A program made the translations under genes and the position numbers. A stretch of DNA of 63,375 nucleotides, the filler included, from Hyphochytrium catenoides (lineage: Eukaryota > Protista > Hyphochytriomycota): the NCBI GenBank assembly GCA_900088475.1. It is 6 parts of 6 records of this genome, joined end to end, with 100 filler letters (N's around TTAATTAATTAA, not from the genome) between each part and the next. Parts side by side here need not be neighbours in the genome. Positions count along the whole stretch, not along the records: positions 1 to 21,837 come from FLMG01001450.1; positions 21,938 to 24,216 come from FLMG01001889.1; 4 more parts are not named here. The stretch is one strand, 5' to 3'. Numbering within the stretch: position 1 is the stretch's first letter; each line of letters starts with the position of its first letter. This document shows, one piece after another, positions 12,081-24,170 of the stretch. The notes under the pieces were generated by a model. The model searched no databases. It saw only the letters and a list, made by a program, of their open reading frames with translations, and was not told the origin of the DNA.

Positions 12081-14259
12081 AGTGGTGCTCAATAGATAAC
12101 TGCACCGTCTGGGCCTCGGGAGGACAAGGATCTAAACAGTTCGCCTCGCTTCTTCCCTCTCTCTGCTTACGGATTGACTTTGGTCCGTTTCTAGGGTGCT
12201 AAAGGTTGGAAAACTTGTGAGGCTTCACTCCGTCCGTCTCCTGGTCTCTCTCCCGCGCTCTGCTTGAGAAGCCGTAGAGCTAGCATCTGCCACGCGCGCT
12301 GAGGGCGGCCAAGGCGTGGAAAAGTCTCTCAGATTTTCCCTTCCTCTTCTGCCCCTTCCCTGCCTTATTCCTCCCTCCGCCTCTCTCCTTCCTCCCTCTC
12401 CTCTCTCGCTCTGTCTTGCCGCAGTACAGCAGAACTAACGGCGGTTTGTTGTTGTGAGAGATGAAATTATTCAACACTTCCCCTACTCCTAACATAGAGA
12501 GTTGATTATTTCAAGCTATCTTTCCGAACTGCTTGTTTGTATATTCTCTCTTCCTACTAAACCGTTAGCGGCTCCAGCACGGCGGAACAGGTACTCTTGT
12601 CCCAAAGGAAGATCCTGTTCAGAGCGACATCGGAAGGCAGGAAGGCAGGAGGGCAGGAGGGCAGGAGGGCAGGACTGCGGAGAAGAGCCCAGCTGAACAG
12701 ATCTCTTGTTGAAAGGCTAGGACACGACCTCGAGTGCTTGTGCTTCTACTATAAAACCAGCCCTCAGCAGTGCAGTGCCAACAGCTTTCTGGACTGAAGG
12801 CTCTCGAGGCTCTCGAGTCGAGGTTAGAATTTGAGAAGATGGGACTGTGGTGCTGAAGAGCAGAAAGAGATGGAGATATCGCGCTTATTAGTTAATGCAG
12901 ATCGGCAACATACCTCCTGCCACAACCCCAGCAAATGCAGCAGGGTGTATAGAGCCAGCAAAGAGAACGAACTTTTCTCTCATCTCTCTAGTACTTTCTC
13001 TACAGCTCCGTTCTCTCGGTCAATTGCCACGGCCACCACTATGGCACCAAGCCACTGTTTCATGTACAGTTTCCCCGTCACTTACCTTCTCCCCTATCTC
13101 CCATCTCGATCAATCCACCGTCTCTTCTGCGTCTGCTATAAGCTGGAGACAGAGAGCAAATGGGAAGAGAGAAAGAGAAGNNNNNNNNNNNNNNNNNNNN
13201 NNNAGGGGGAGATCGAAGCATACTTGAAGAAGTTTGTTGGAAGATAGACAAGACAAAATAGAGGTGAATGATCCGCTTGTTTTTAGACTTTTTCTCTCTC
13301 TCATCCTTCTCTCCGTCTCCTGCCCTCTCCCCCCATCAATCTTCTCGCGCGGGCGAGCGCGCTCTCTTATTTCCTCCCTCTCTCTCCCCAACTCCTCCAT
13401 CCATGTATTCGGATGCAGCTCGCCTTTCATGGCCTTCAAAGCTTCCATTTTGTCAGTGCCAGAAAAACAACGCTCAACCCATGCCGTTGCTTGTAAGCGG
13501 CACGGCCGCGCTGGACTACAGTCTATCTCTCCCGTCCTCCCAGTTTACCTCTTCTTCGCGGCTTTTCTCTCTCCAAAGAGGACCATCATTCCTTTGTTCT
13601 CTCTGCCCTTTCTTCTGCTTTCTTTCCTGTAAAGAAAGATGAAGACCTTTCTCTGCGAAGCTTCTTTCCCTCAAACCTGGACGGTTCTCTCTTTTCACTC
13701 CCAGTAGCTTACAGCCTTCGCTCTAGCTGGAGGTGGTCAAAACGAACCAAGAAGATTGTTGAGGCAAGGTGGAACACGATGCTCTATACCTCTAGTGACA
13801 GTCCACTATGTAGCGCAGACAGTGTAGTCTTCTGCGTTCGCTTGTTGACTACTTCTCGATTAGCACGATGTGGACCCACTAAGGGCGCCAGACAACCCTG
13901 GCCTTCCCGCCACCACTGCTACAAGTTCTACCTAGTGTGGGGTCCACAAGAGTGAGGTGAGCCGAAGTGTGAGTCTTCCGACGACTTGAACTTGAAGTAA
14001 CTTGTTTTCCAGTAAAGTAAGCAGGGGGCGACAAGTAGTATGTCGAGCAAGGAGGGCGGAAAGCAGCAGCATCATGGTTTGTGGTTCTGTTCTTGATACT
14101 CAGGGGACGCGTAGTAGCCGATCTGCTTTAGTCAATCCTGCCTCGTGCTGTTACTGGCTCCTGCCATTCAATGAAGCAAATCTCCCTTGACTGACCTTTT
14201 CTGGCGGTTCAACCTTCCTGCACAGTTCGAATCATCTTCTTTTTTCTTCCCCTAACAAC

Positions 14260-14835
14260 ATTCCTTCACATGCCTCCATTACGATATGTTAAGAGGCGAC
14301 CGCCCCCAGTCAAACTACTTTTACACCGTCCTCGAAGACGCGATTCCTTTAATCTAGAGATCTGAAACAAAGAAGTCGACGATTGTCTTAAGTATGAGTA
14401 AGCGATTAAAGGATTGAACAATGGCTTTCACTTGTGTCTCGCCGAGTGGCCAAAGCCAAAGTTTCTAAGAAGACAATCAGCATCTAAACTACACCTCTTC
14501 ATCTTACAATGTAAATTCTGCGGAGAAGATATATGGGGTCTTTTGGTCTAACTGTAGGATATCCACATCTTCTCGGATTATTCATTTTGATAGAGTTCAT
14601 GTTAAAGACAGAGGGGAAGTGGTTACACCATTCATGCTGCAGGCCGAACTTACCCTACAAGGAAGTTCTCTCCCACCTAGGAGCGTCAGAGCTACAGCCG
14701 CCGTTTACTGAGTGTTATTTTTTAAAAAAAGGCATCATACATCTCTGTTTAGCCTGCCAGCACGGGGCAGGTGTCAGACCCTATACATTATCATCTTACG
14801 ACAATTTCCCAGAGCCTTCTGTTCTTACTAAATAG
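14260..14835 (-). pseudogene. rnl: Decayed organellar large-subunit rRNA fragment (domains IV-V), probable NUMT
   Basis: Colinear reverse-complement matches to conserved 23S-type motifs: GAGGCGACCGCCCCCAGTCAAACTAC, GGGGTCTTTT, TTACACCATTCATGC..GAACTTACCCTACAAGGAA, GCCGCCGTTTACTG, GGGCAGGTGTCAGACCCTATAC. Many substitutions and indels. Confidence 0.85.
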
Positions 14836-17499
14836 TGTTCCTTCGATTCCTTTCATATGCCGCTATCCCTTACAAATTTACCTATGATCCAATCGGAGAG
14901 AGTAATAGAGGACAAAAATAACTATGTTTTCATCCCAGACTCCACAATATGCTGCTTTCCTTCTTCCTTACTGCTGGGGGCCACTAAGATGAGCCACAAT
15001 GATGGAAAGAAGAAGCTTTTCCCCTCTTTTGAGGAGGTAGTACTCCTACGGGCTTTGTCTGTAGTGCGGGGGGCGGACACCGGCCGAGCAGTAGGTAGCA
15101 GTAAAACACCAAGCACCCGCTTGCTGGATCTTAAGATAATGCCTGCCGACTGACGGAAAAGAGGTTGTTGTAATAACCTCTTCACCACGATCCTGGTATG
15201 GTGGATCATAATATGGATACGACACACGAGTCAGTAGGAGGCGGAGTATAAAGATGTGATGATGAGTCCCTGGACGGAAAGGTTCGGAATGTGCGGAGGA
15301 TCAGTCTATTTTTCAGCCTTATTGCTTGTCTCCCGGCGGCATTAGTAGTATCCGTAGCTTTACTATTCTTAGAGAATTTCATAAGTATCTAGCTGTGAGG
15401 GGAGGGGTTCTCAAAGGGGAGGTGGTTGATGTATTCCTCAGCCCAAGGATCCTTAATATAAAGGTTGTGATGTGCCAGTACTACCTACTTCCTTCTTCTT
15501 TCTGGTTCGGTAGGAGGTGGCAATCATTCTTCTCCGGTGCTAAGGACAACTAAAAAATAAACTCTCAGGTTATCTGCTTTCACCTTCATCGGCGCTTTTT
15601 TCATTAGAAGGAAGAAGAGAATTCGTACTTTTCGAGTGAATCTGCATTCCCCTTCACCGCCGCTCTTTCCATGGAAAAGAAGAGAGTGTTCTTATGTTCC
15701 ACTGACGCTGCTGCTGCTTTTGTCGTATTGTTTTACGGTTGCTGTTTATTGGGTGCTGATATTATCAGTCCGCACTAGTATTATGTGGTGGCGGAGATGT
15801 AGGGAGGAGAGAGATCTGTTTGCGCCTTCTGCCTCGACGTGGATTGGTAATTCATCTATAAAAAAAGATAGTCCATCAAGAGATGAGGAGGAGAATGACG
15901 AGACCGGCAACACCACAGATCTTACTGCAAGCCCAAAGAAGGAATGGATCAAATAACCCCAGTCGCAGTAGACGCTGATTGTTTTGGCTGTACTGCTCTG
16001 TCGGCCTGCTGGTCTGTTTGAGCAACAACAAGCAGTTTTTGCTTACTAAGTCAAACATGGCGCACGTCGTGCCCCAGAACCTATTGGGAGGTAAACTCAC
16101 AACATTTTGTCATGAGTGCCTGTCAACCCTCTTCTATTCTGCTAGATTACTTGCATGGATATCTTGTGAAAGTACACAAATCTGATAAAAAGATCGCAGA
16201 CTTTCACGCTATGAACAAATCTTTGTTGAACTGTGATTGACGCTGCCAAAGCGGCCAGCGGACGACGCAGAAGGGCCAGGCCCCTGACATATAGACCAAT
16301 AGGAGATTATGTCAGTGGTGTAATGGTGCACGGCGGTAAGGCGGTCAATCTCAAAGCTAGGGCCCGGGTCCGAATCCCAAAACGTAAAAAAGTACTCTTT
16401 AATATATTCAGACCCCCTCCCCAATTGTGTATCTAAGTGCTTATTACTCGGAGGGACTAGGTGTCAGGCGCTGGATATGTCCGACTGCTCCTGTTTTGCA
16501 CTTTGTCAATATTCCCACCGGACACGACACGGCTGACCCAACCCAAATGGAACCCAAACCAGAATCTTACAATAAAAATAATCAATGAAAACCTAACGAC
16601 TAGGTCTGTGGATCGCTTTTCGAAACCAGGGTGCTTGTTGACCCCCGTGGCCCGCGCCCCGCCGCTCTTGCTCGAGAGCGACACCATTCACAGTTTGGAA
16701 ACCTGCACCACAAGGATCCCCCACGTCCAACAGCAAGACAACGAGGATTACTGGCTCCTCCCAGCGGGTAAGATAGAGGTTACGTTTCACGAGCCATTCA
16801 GCAGCAGCAGTCCGCTACTCTCCCCACTAAACTCGTTGGTTGGTGGGTGGACTACCTGGACCTGCTGCATGCTCATTTTTGGCGTGCACTACAGGTATGA
16901 CTTACGTATTCGCATTGTGCCTGTAAAAGGGACAAGGTGCATTAGGATCATATAGTATTTTTGTGCACCCTCAATTTTCCTATCGTATGTGCTGCGTGCT
17001 GCTGCGATGACTTTCCACGACTATTCGAGCTAACAGGTTTTTATCGCATAGTCTTGACATATCGAGATACCGTGATGCAGACCACCTAGAATGTATGGGA
17101 TTTAGGAGACAATTTTATTTATACAAGAGTTGGTTGGCGTATCAGCCAGAATGACTACTGTAGTCTCTAGGTTGTGGGACCCTATTGGATCAAGAATCCT
17201 GAATAATACTACTGAGACTCTAATCACATTTGGGAGTAGCTGTTTTCCAATAGGGTTAGACCATACTTAATATTAGAGCTCCTCTTCTTCCTTCATATCT
17301 CTGCTTCTACTTGGAGTTTATTCTCGAAATTCTCATGATGGACCTTGCAACTCTACGGCCCTCTTCAGGACACAGACCCAATGATTTCCCGATAGAGAGC
17401 TCAGCAGCTTGTGTAATCGGGGCAATGGGGTTCCACTTTCAATTTCTGTCTTACTCATGATAAATGTATGGGATTCGGAGACAATTATTTTTTTTTATT

Positions 17500-20400
17500 G
17501 ATGGCTGTATGGGTGGTGAGGCCTCTCGCTCCATGCCTGGAGATGGCGGTGCTGGAGCTCCTTTCGAATGGCTCTCCTCACATCACCTATGTGCTTTTGC
17601 CAGGATTAGAGTTAGTAACAAAGCGTGGCCCCACCTGTGGGTACATCGTGAAATCGAGCGCTTGGGCAGGGTCATAGCTCTTTCCGCCTTCATTGGCTAG
17701 CTCATCTGCCATGGAATTCCACCTATGGTGTCGATCTTGTTTGGGTTCTCTGTCCTGGTGGCCTTTGCACCATTTTATCTCCGCTTTTGTTCCTCCCTCT
17801 TTACGACGCCGCATCGCATCGTAAATCTCTCCCCATAATGTCACTGCCGCTGAGCGCAGGTCGTCCTGAGCTCCCAGTCTTCAGCCTTTGCCGCTAGGTT
17901 GACTGCCGCACTGTTGTTGTCCAGGTAAATTGTGAAGGTGCTGGTGGATCGTTGCAATAGGTGCAGCGCCGCGAGAATGCCGGTGGACTCAGCTATAAAT
18001 GGGGTGGAAGCTCCACAAAGTTTAGTAGTGAGGGACCATTTTAGTGTATACACTACCTCCGCCCGCGAATTCAATTCAGGCTACGATGCCAAATCCTGCC
18101 TGCCCTCGTTCCCTAGAGTAAGAGCCATCTGTATATACCTCTGCCACTGTGCTTGCGATGTTAGTCCTTAGCACTGGGATAGTGCCTACCAGCGAGTTTG
18201 GGGCTTGCCTCGCCCGGTTTACTTTTTGTCTGACTTGGGCCCATGTTTCGAGGGCCGTTGTCTTGATGCTCTGACTTAGACCAATTAAGTGTTCCCGCTT
18301 CAGATCCTCGGTTCCGCTCCACTTTGCTCTTCTCAGGGTGGCTGCGATTGTGGAGAAGGCGCTTTGTGCTGGTGCCATGTGGTCTAGTAATATGGATATG
18401 GCTTGCTCTTTGCGGTCACGGATGTAGAATCCGTTACAGTCGGCTACCCGGTTGAGTTTACACGAGGTTGAGTTGTCACCCGGTTCAGTTGACATATTTT
18501 GGCGGGGACCAACTCATCCTTCTACGTTCTGAAAAAGTATGGCTTTATTGCGGGAAATGAGTTCCCACGGCGTGAACATGCGAAAAGCAACAAAAAGACA
18601 TGTTTTGACGTCCTCTCCCTCCTGAGTTGTCACCCACTTGAGTTGACAAAATCGGTCGGAAACGGCATGACAACTCAACCGGGTGGTCTACTGTACGTTT
18701 CAGCATGAGCACTGTTCGTCCTACCATTGAGGCTTCTACTCGTTCAGGGTTTGTGTATCCAGATGCCCTGTCCCACCCTGCTCTCAGCGCTGCGCTACCT
18801 AGTTGGTCGCCGTTCAGTGCTACGTGTAGCTCTCCTCCCAGCTCTTCAATGTGTCGGTCCCAGAAAGTGGGCACCCCTACTCCTCCTGCCTTCTTGTTAG
18901 TGAAAAAGATCTCAGGGTTAGTGGTCAGCGTTGTTCTAGCTGCTCTGTGCAGTTCTCTTTTCAGACGCAGGTCTAGTGGGGCTACTTCCTCTCTTGTAGG
19001 TGGGGCTGCTACTGCGCCATATGCTAATTTGGGAAGGACGTATGTTGGTAAAAAGTAAGGTGTCTCCTTGAGGTCCAGTTTCTTCTGGAAGCCTACGTTC
19101 AAGTCCTGATGGATAGCTTTGGCCGTTCCCTGTGATAATCTCGTTGGGGCTTTACCCTCGATGCATTGGGGGGGGATCCCCACCGTTTTGAATACTTCTT
19201 GTGGGCTTGTCGGTTCAATGTGGTCTTCCACGATCATACCCCTTTTCCTATTGAAAAGGCAGACCGCCAGGGGCGTTGCCCCTATGTCATTCGTCGTATA
19301 ACGAGACTTACCTGGGTGTAGGCTAAGTCCATATGTGACCAGAAAGCTTGATGTCTGGTAGGCTCTTTCTGTATGCCTTGCCGGCTTATAGCGAAGAGGG
19401 TTAAATCGTCCGCGTAGGCTACGCCGCTCTGCCGTGCTGTGTCCCTGCCTAGCAGCGGCGCTGGGTCCAGTCCTGCCTGCAATTTTGTTAGCAGTGGGGT
19501 CCATAAATATCAGGAAGAGGGAGGGGCTTAGAGGGTCTGTCGCCTTGTCGCACTCCACTCCCTATTGGAAAGACGCTAGTTAGCCCCGCTCCTGCCATGG
19601 CTCTAGATGTTGCCTTGTTGCCCAATTGTCGAACGAGACGGATAAAGCGTTCGGGCATCTCAAGTCTTCTCAGAGCTAGTTCCATGCTCCAGCGCTCTAC
19701 CGAGTCGTACGCCTTGCTGATGTCAGTGTTTAGGATATGAATCCGGGAGTCTTGTTCCTTGCTCTCCTCAATTACTGCCTTTGTCACCCAGCTGACTTCT
19801 TCTGCCGACCTGCCATTGGAAAAGCCTCGTTGGAGTGGGCCAAGGGGGTCGGTTGCTTGCCTGGCCTTGCTGATGCGCCTGTTGAGGATGGCAGTGAGTT
19901 CTTTTACTACTGTCTCTCGGCTCATCAGGCCTGTTGGGAGGCATGCATCTAAGATGCTCTCACTAGATCCTTGAATTTGGCAGGTAGGCATTTTAAAGCT
20001 ACTCTTGGGATGATCGTGCTCGGCCCTGGGGCGGTTCCTGTCGGTCCGCTAAACATTTGTGCTTGCTCTTCATCTGTGATGGGTCCCACCAGCTCTGCCC
20101 ATCCCTGCTGCCTTGCCACAGTTTCCGGCCTAAGCATTTCCCACTGTTCTCTGTCTACCTGATCCTGTGGGGGTTGGGTTGCAGGTAGTAAGCTTTCGTT
20201 TGGTATCTCAGCACCTTTACCTGCACCCAGGTGGGTGGGGCCTTTGCCGCGGATGTCCAGTCCTCGAACACCTGAGCCACTCCTGTCAGCTGTTCCTCCG
20301 CCGTAATTGCCGTTTGAAGTTCTCCTTGTTTTAGACATGTTGCAACTTCCATTGGCTTTACTCTGGCTCTTGGCTTTACCAGCTTCCCTAATCTAGTCAG

Positions 20401-21793
20401 AGGCTGTCTGTCGAGAAGTTTTCGCCTCTTTAACCTCATTTCTCTCAGCGCTTTAAGGAACTTCGTCCTTAGGAGGCGAGAGATCTCCTGTGAAATTGAA
20501 GCTGCTATGTGTGTGATAGAGGCATGCCAGACGTCCCATTGTACCTTGTTAGGCCCTCTTGGGTTTGCGGGGAGTTCGGGCACTCTTACTCCTATGTTTG
20601 CTGCCTTCTGGACTGTCTTTCGCACTTTCTTCGCCAATTGTGTCGTGTGGGTGTGTATAAAGTGATATGGCAAGGTTTCCCAGGAATCATATGTTGGAGT
20701 CTGAGGGCACAGCTATGTGGACTACAAGCTGGCAAGCTTAACTACCCAAGTTTCAGCTCCAAACTCCCAGTAGAAGCTGAGATATGAAGCCAACGAAATG
20801 TCCCTGTTTATATCTATAGCTTATGGTCAGTACCTCGGAATACCTTCAGGACTGACTGTTCTAGACAGGGATTTCTCTATGAGTGAATATCTTAGCGTTT
20901 ATTAGGAATAGTTGGCATAGTCAGAATAGCTCTAGATTATGGGACCCCAGTTGGGCTTATAAGTCGAGCACTCTCATCTAATGACATTGTCCAATCATCC
21001 CATATAATCCAACATCATATGTGCCCAGGCCTCCTCTGTGTCTGGCTGTCGCCGGATTGCTCCATCTGCTCACTAACTCACTAAGTTGTCTACGTACCGC
21101 CCTTAGTTTGTTGGCTTCCTTGCGCCTTCTTGTTTGTCTCCCGGTGGTCTGGCCTAGGGCTTGTTTGCCTGCTTCCATCATCGCTTTCTCAAGTTTTTCC
21201 ATGCTCGTTGTATTTTCCTGGTCCATTGCGGCTCCTTGACCTCAACCACCTGTTCCAGTAGAGGTGCAGACACCTTCTCTAGCCGATCTATTACCCCTTG
21301 ACACTCCTCTTGTTTTTCCCGGAGTAGCTTACGGAAGGCCTGAGTCCTTTCATAGCTCTCGAGCGCTTCGCTTTCCAGAGCATTATCTGTTTCATCGTCC
21401 TCCTTCGCTTGTCTGGGCTATGTAAGGGTAAGCCTGCCCCATTTCACCTTCCCCGCTCTTGTGTCAGTGGGCGGTGCGCGTGGTGGGTGTGGTACCTTGC
21501 CGTCTCCCGCCTTCCGTTGGCCGTGCTAACGCTTCCGCTCGTAGCAATGCCCCATCATTCCTCAGTACTGTTTCTGTATATGGGAAGTCTGCTATCACTG
21601 GAGCGTGGTCACTTCTGTCTAGTTTCATTTTGGCTATGAAAATGCCGCTGCATAGCTCAACCAGTAGAGGTGAGGCCCAGACTTGATCTATTCGAGATGC
21701 TACCTGTCCCCCGCGAGTGGACGTGTATGTCCAGGCTTCTTGCACATATGGGTGTCTTAGCCCAAAGATACCTGTCAGCTCCAGACTCCTTAG
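17500..21793 (-). mobile_element. Degenerate non-LTR retrotransposon (LINE) with APE endonuclease, RT and C-terminal RNase H
   Basis: APE end WTYTS..SRIDQVW..SDHAPV. RT motifs QRGF, LNTDISKAYDSV, GVRQGDPLSPSLF, AYADDL. RNase H YTDGS..AE..YLDN..WCKGH..NSMADELA. Several frameshifts and stops. Confidence 0.9.
20692..21014. mobile_element. Solo LTR (323 bp, Copia-like termini) nested in the LINE
   Basis: Termini TGTTGGA...TCCAACA with 5-bp TSD TCATA at 20687-20691 and 21015-21019. Removing it restores the LINE frame (GLGTYDSWETLPYH). Confidence 0.9.
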
Positions 21794-21837
21794 TGTTGAG
21801 AGCAGAAGCTGACAAGAGCTCTAAAAGGCTCACAGTT

Positions 21838-21937
21838 NNNNNNNNNNNNNNNNNNNNNNNNNNNNNNNNNNNNNNNNNNNNTTAATTAATTAANNNNNNN
21901 NNNNNNNNNNNNNNNNNNNNNNNNNNNNNNNNNNNNN
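21838..21937. other. Artificial contig linker (same structure at 24217-24316, 30514-30613, 46875-46974, 54532-54631)
   Basis: Exactly 44 N + TTAATTAATTAA (stops in all six frames) + 44 N, occurring five times. Confidence 0.95.
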
Positions 21938-24170
21938 AAAGAACTGCAGAGCTTTCTCGGCCTCACCAATTTCTGCCGCAAGTTTATTGCTGGATACGCT
22001 GCTATCACCAAGCCGCTGACCCTTCTCACACGCGCTGAGCACAGTAAGGAGTTTCTCTGGTCTGAAGAACATCAACACGCATTCGAAGCCCTGAAGCTCG
22101 CGCTGACTAGCGCTCCGGTCTTACGCATCTTCGATCCAGCTCTTCCCATTCGCATCCAAACCGACGCTTCGCAATATGCGTATGGGGCAGTCCTGTTGCA
22201 AGACGATGGAGAGGGCGCTAGACCGGTGGCCTACGCATCCAAGCAGTTTACAGCGGCTCAACAAAACTACAGTACGCGAGAACAAGAGCTCCTTGGCATT
22301 ATCCTGGCGCTGGAAGAGTTTGACGTGTACTTGCATGGCTCTCATTTTGTCGTAGAAACAGACCACCACACCCTCCAGTCCTTGTTCACCCAGGCTAAGC
22401 TGTCACGACGACTCACTCGATGGTTAGACTTTCTTGCTGATTATGACTTTGATATCGTCTATCAGCCGGGGGAGAAGAACCTCACCGCAGATGCACTTTC
22501 TCGGCGCCCGGATGTGGCGGCTCCGGCCGTCACGGTCTCTAGCCTTTCTCTCTCTCTTCCGGAATTAGACCCCGCCCTTCGCAAGAGTTTGATTGCTGCG
22601 TACGCTAAGGATCCAACATTCAGCGTTATCGTCCACTGTCTACAACACCACCAGCCCCTTCCCCCTCACTACCGTCAGTCACAGTATGTCCTGACCCCTT
22701 CAGGTTTGCTGGTGCTCCAGGAAGACGCTCACGTGTCAAGGGTGTGTGTACCTAACGATGCAAAGATTAGGGCACAACTCCTTGAAGAGTTGCACGATGC
22801 CCCTACGGCGGGACACTTCGGCTTTCTGAAAACCTATCAGCAGGCTCAGAAGCTCTTCTACTGGCCACGGATGGACAAGTTTATCAAGGATTATGTAGCT
22901 CGGTGCCCTACTTGCCAGCGGTCCAAGTCCTCCACACAGTCGACTCACGGGCTGCTCCAGCCATTATCCATCCCTTCGCGCCGTTGGGGCTCCGTCTCAA
23001 TGGACTTTATCATGGATTTGCCCCCCACGAGGCGGGGTCACGATGCCCTATTGGTTATTGTAGACCGGTTGTCCAAGCGAGTCATTCTTGTGGCCACACA
23101 TTCAGCCGTCACCGCGGAGGAAACAGCTCGTTTATTCTTTGATCAGGTCTTTAGACATCACGGGCTCCCGGACTCTATCGTATCAGATCGTGATCCGCGG
23201 TTTACCAGTCGGTTTTGGACCAGTCTATTCCAGCTCTTGGGCACTAAGTTGGCGATGTCTTCGGCTCAACATCCTCAAACCGATGGTCAGACAGAACGGG
23301 TAAATCGCACGTTGGAACAAACGCTTCGGGCCTATGTGAACTTCAACATGGACAATTGGGATGAGCTCCTAACAGCGGCGGAGTTTGCCATCAATAATGC
23401 CACCCAAACTTCTACAGGTTTCTCTCCCTTCGAACTAGACACTGGGCAGCAGCCTCGGTTGCCGCTGGACCTCTTAGCGCCCACCACAAATGTTCCAGCA
23501 GTGGAGGATTTCGTAAAAGTCCTTGAGACTGGACTACAAAGAGCCCGGGACAATCTTCGCCGAGCACAGCAGGCTCAAGCACTCCAGGCCAACAAGCATC
23601 GCAAAGATGTCAGCTTTAAGGTTGGCGANNNNNNNNNNNNNNNNNNNNNNNNNNNNNNNNNNNNNNNNNNNNNNNNNNNNNNNNNNNNNACCGTCTAACT
23701 CTACCGCCTACGTACAAGCAGTCACACCCTGTCTTTCATGTTTCGCAGTTGAAGGAACATCTTTCTCCTATGGCGTCACAGGCAAGACATGATCGGCCTC
23801 CGCCAGACATAGTCGATGGATATGAGGAGTTCGAGGTAGAAGCTATACTCGATACACGTTTGTTCAGGGGACGTCGTCAATACCTGCTTAAGTGGAAGGG
23901 TTACCCGGACCACGATGCTTCTTGGGAACCAGAGGCTATGGTCACTCATGCGGACGCCCTTCTCAATGACTTTTGGCAAAACAGAGAACACGCCCTTTCT
24001 GGTTCGGTCTCCCGCCGCTCCAGAAGAGGACGTGAGAGGCTTACTTAGAAGGGTAGAGAGTGTAAGGAGAAACCTCCTCCTTGACGCAAACACGTTGTCC
24101 TCTTCTACTCTCTATTAACTAGTAATTGATTCATAGATTTTCCTCGTCCCTCACACGTGAACTCCTTACA
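21938..24170 (+). mobile_element. 3' part of a Ty3/Gypsy chromovirus-type LTR retrotransposon (RT thumb, RNase H, integrase, chromodomain, PPT, 3' LTR)
   Basis: SFLGLTNFCRKFI; RNase H TDAS..NYSTREQELL..TDH; integrase HHCC and DDE (SMDFI, SDRDPRF, TDGQTERVN); chromodomain FEVEAILD..YLLKWKGYPDHDASWEP; stop at 24048; PPT 24047-24060; LTR 24061-24170. Confidence 0.95.
24061..24170 (+). repeat. 3' LTR of the Gypsy element, 110 bp
   Basis: Directly follows PPT AGAAGGGTAGAGAG; 9-bp terminal inverted repeat TGTAAGGAG...CTCCTTACA. Confidence 0.8.

Noticed and set aside
13870-13948. Imperfect inverted repeat GTGGACCCAC...GTGGGGTCCAC
   Set aside because: Short, no TSD and no second copy in the window.
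16748-16780. NUDIX-like WLLPAGKIE
   Set aside because: The rest of the Nudix box (REUXEE) is absent.
21882-21893. TTAATTAATTAA palindrome recurring five times
   Set aside because: Always centred in exactly 88 Ns; an artificial six-frame-stop linker.
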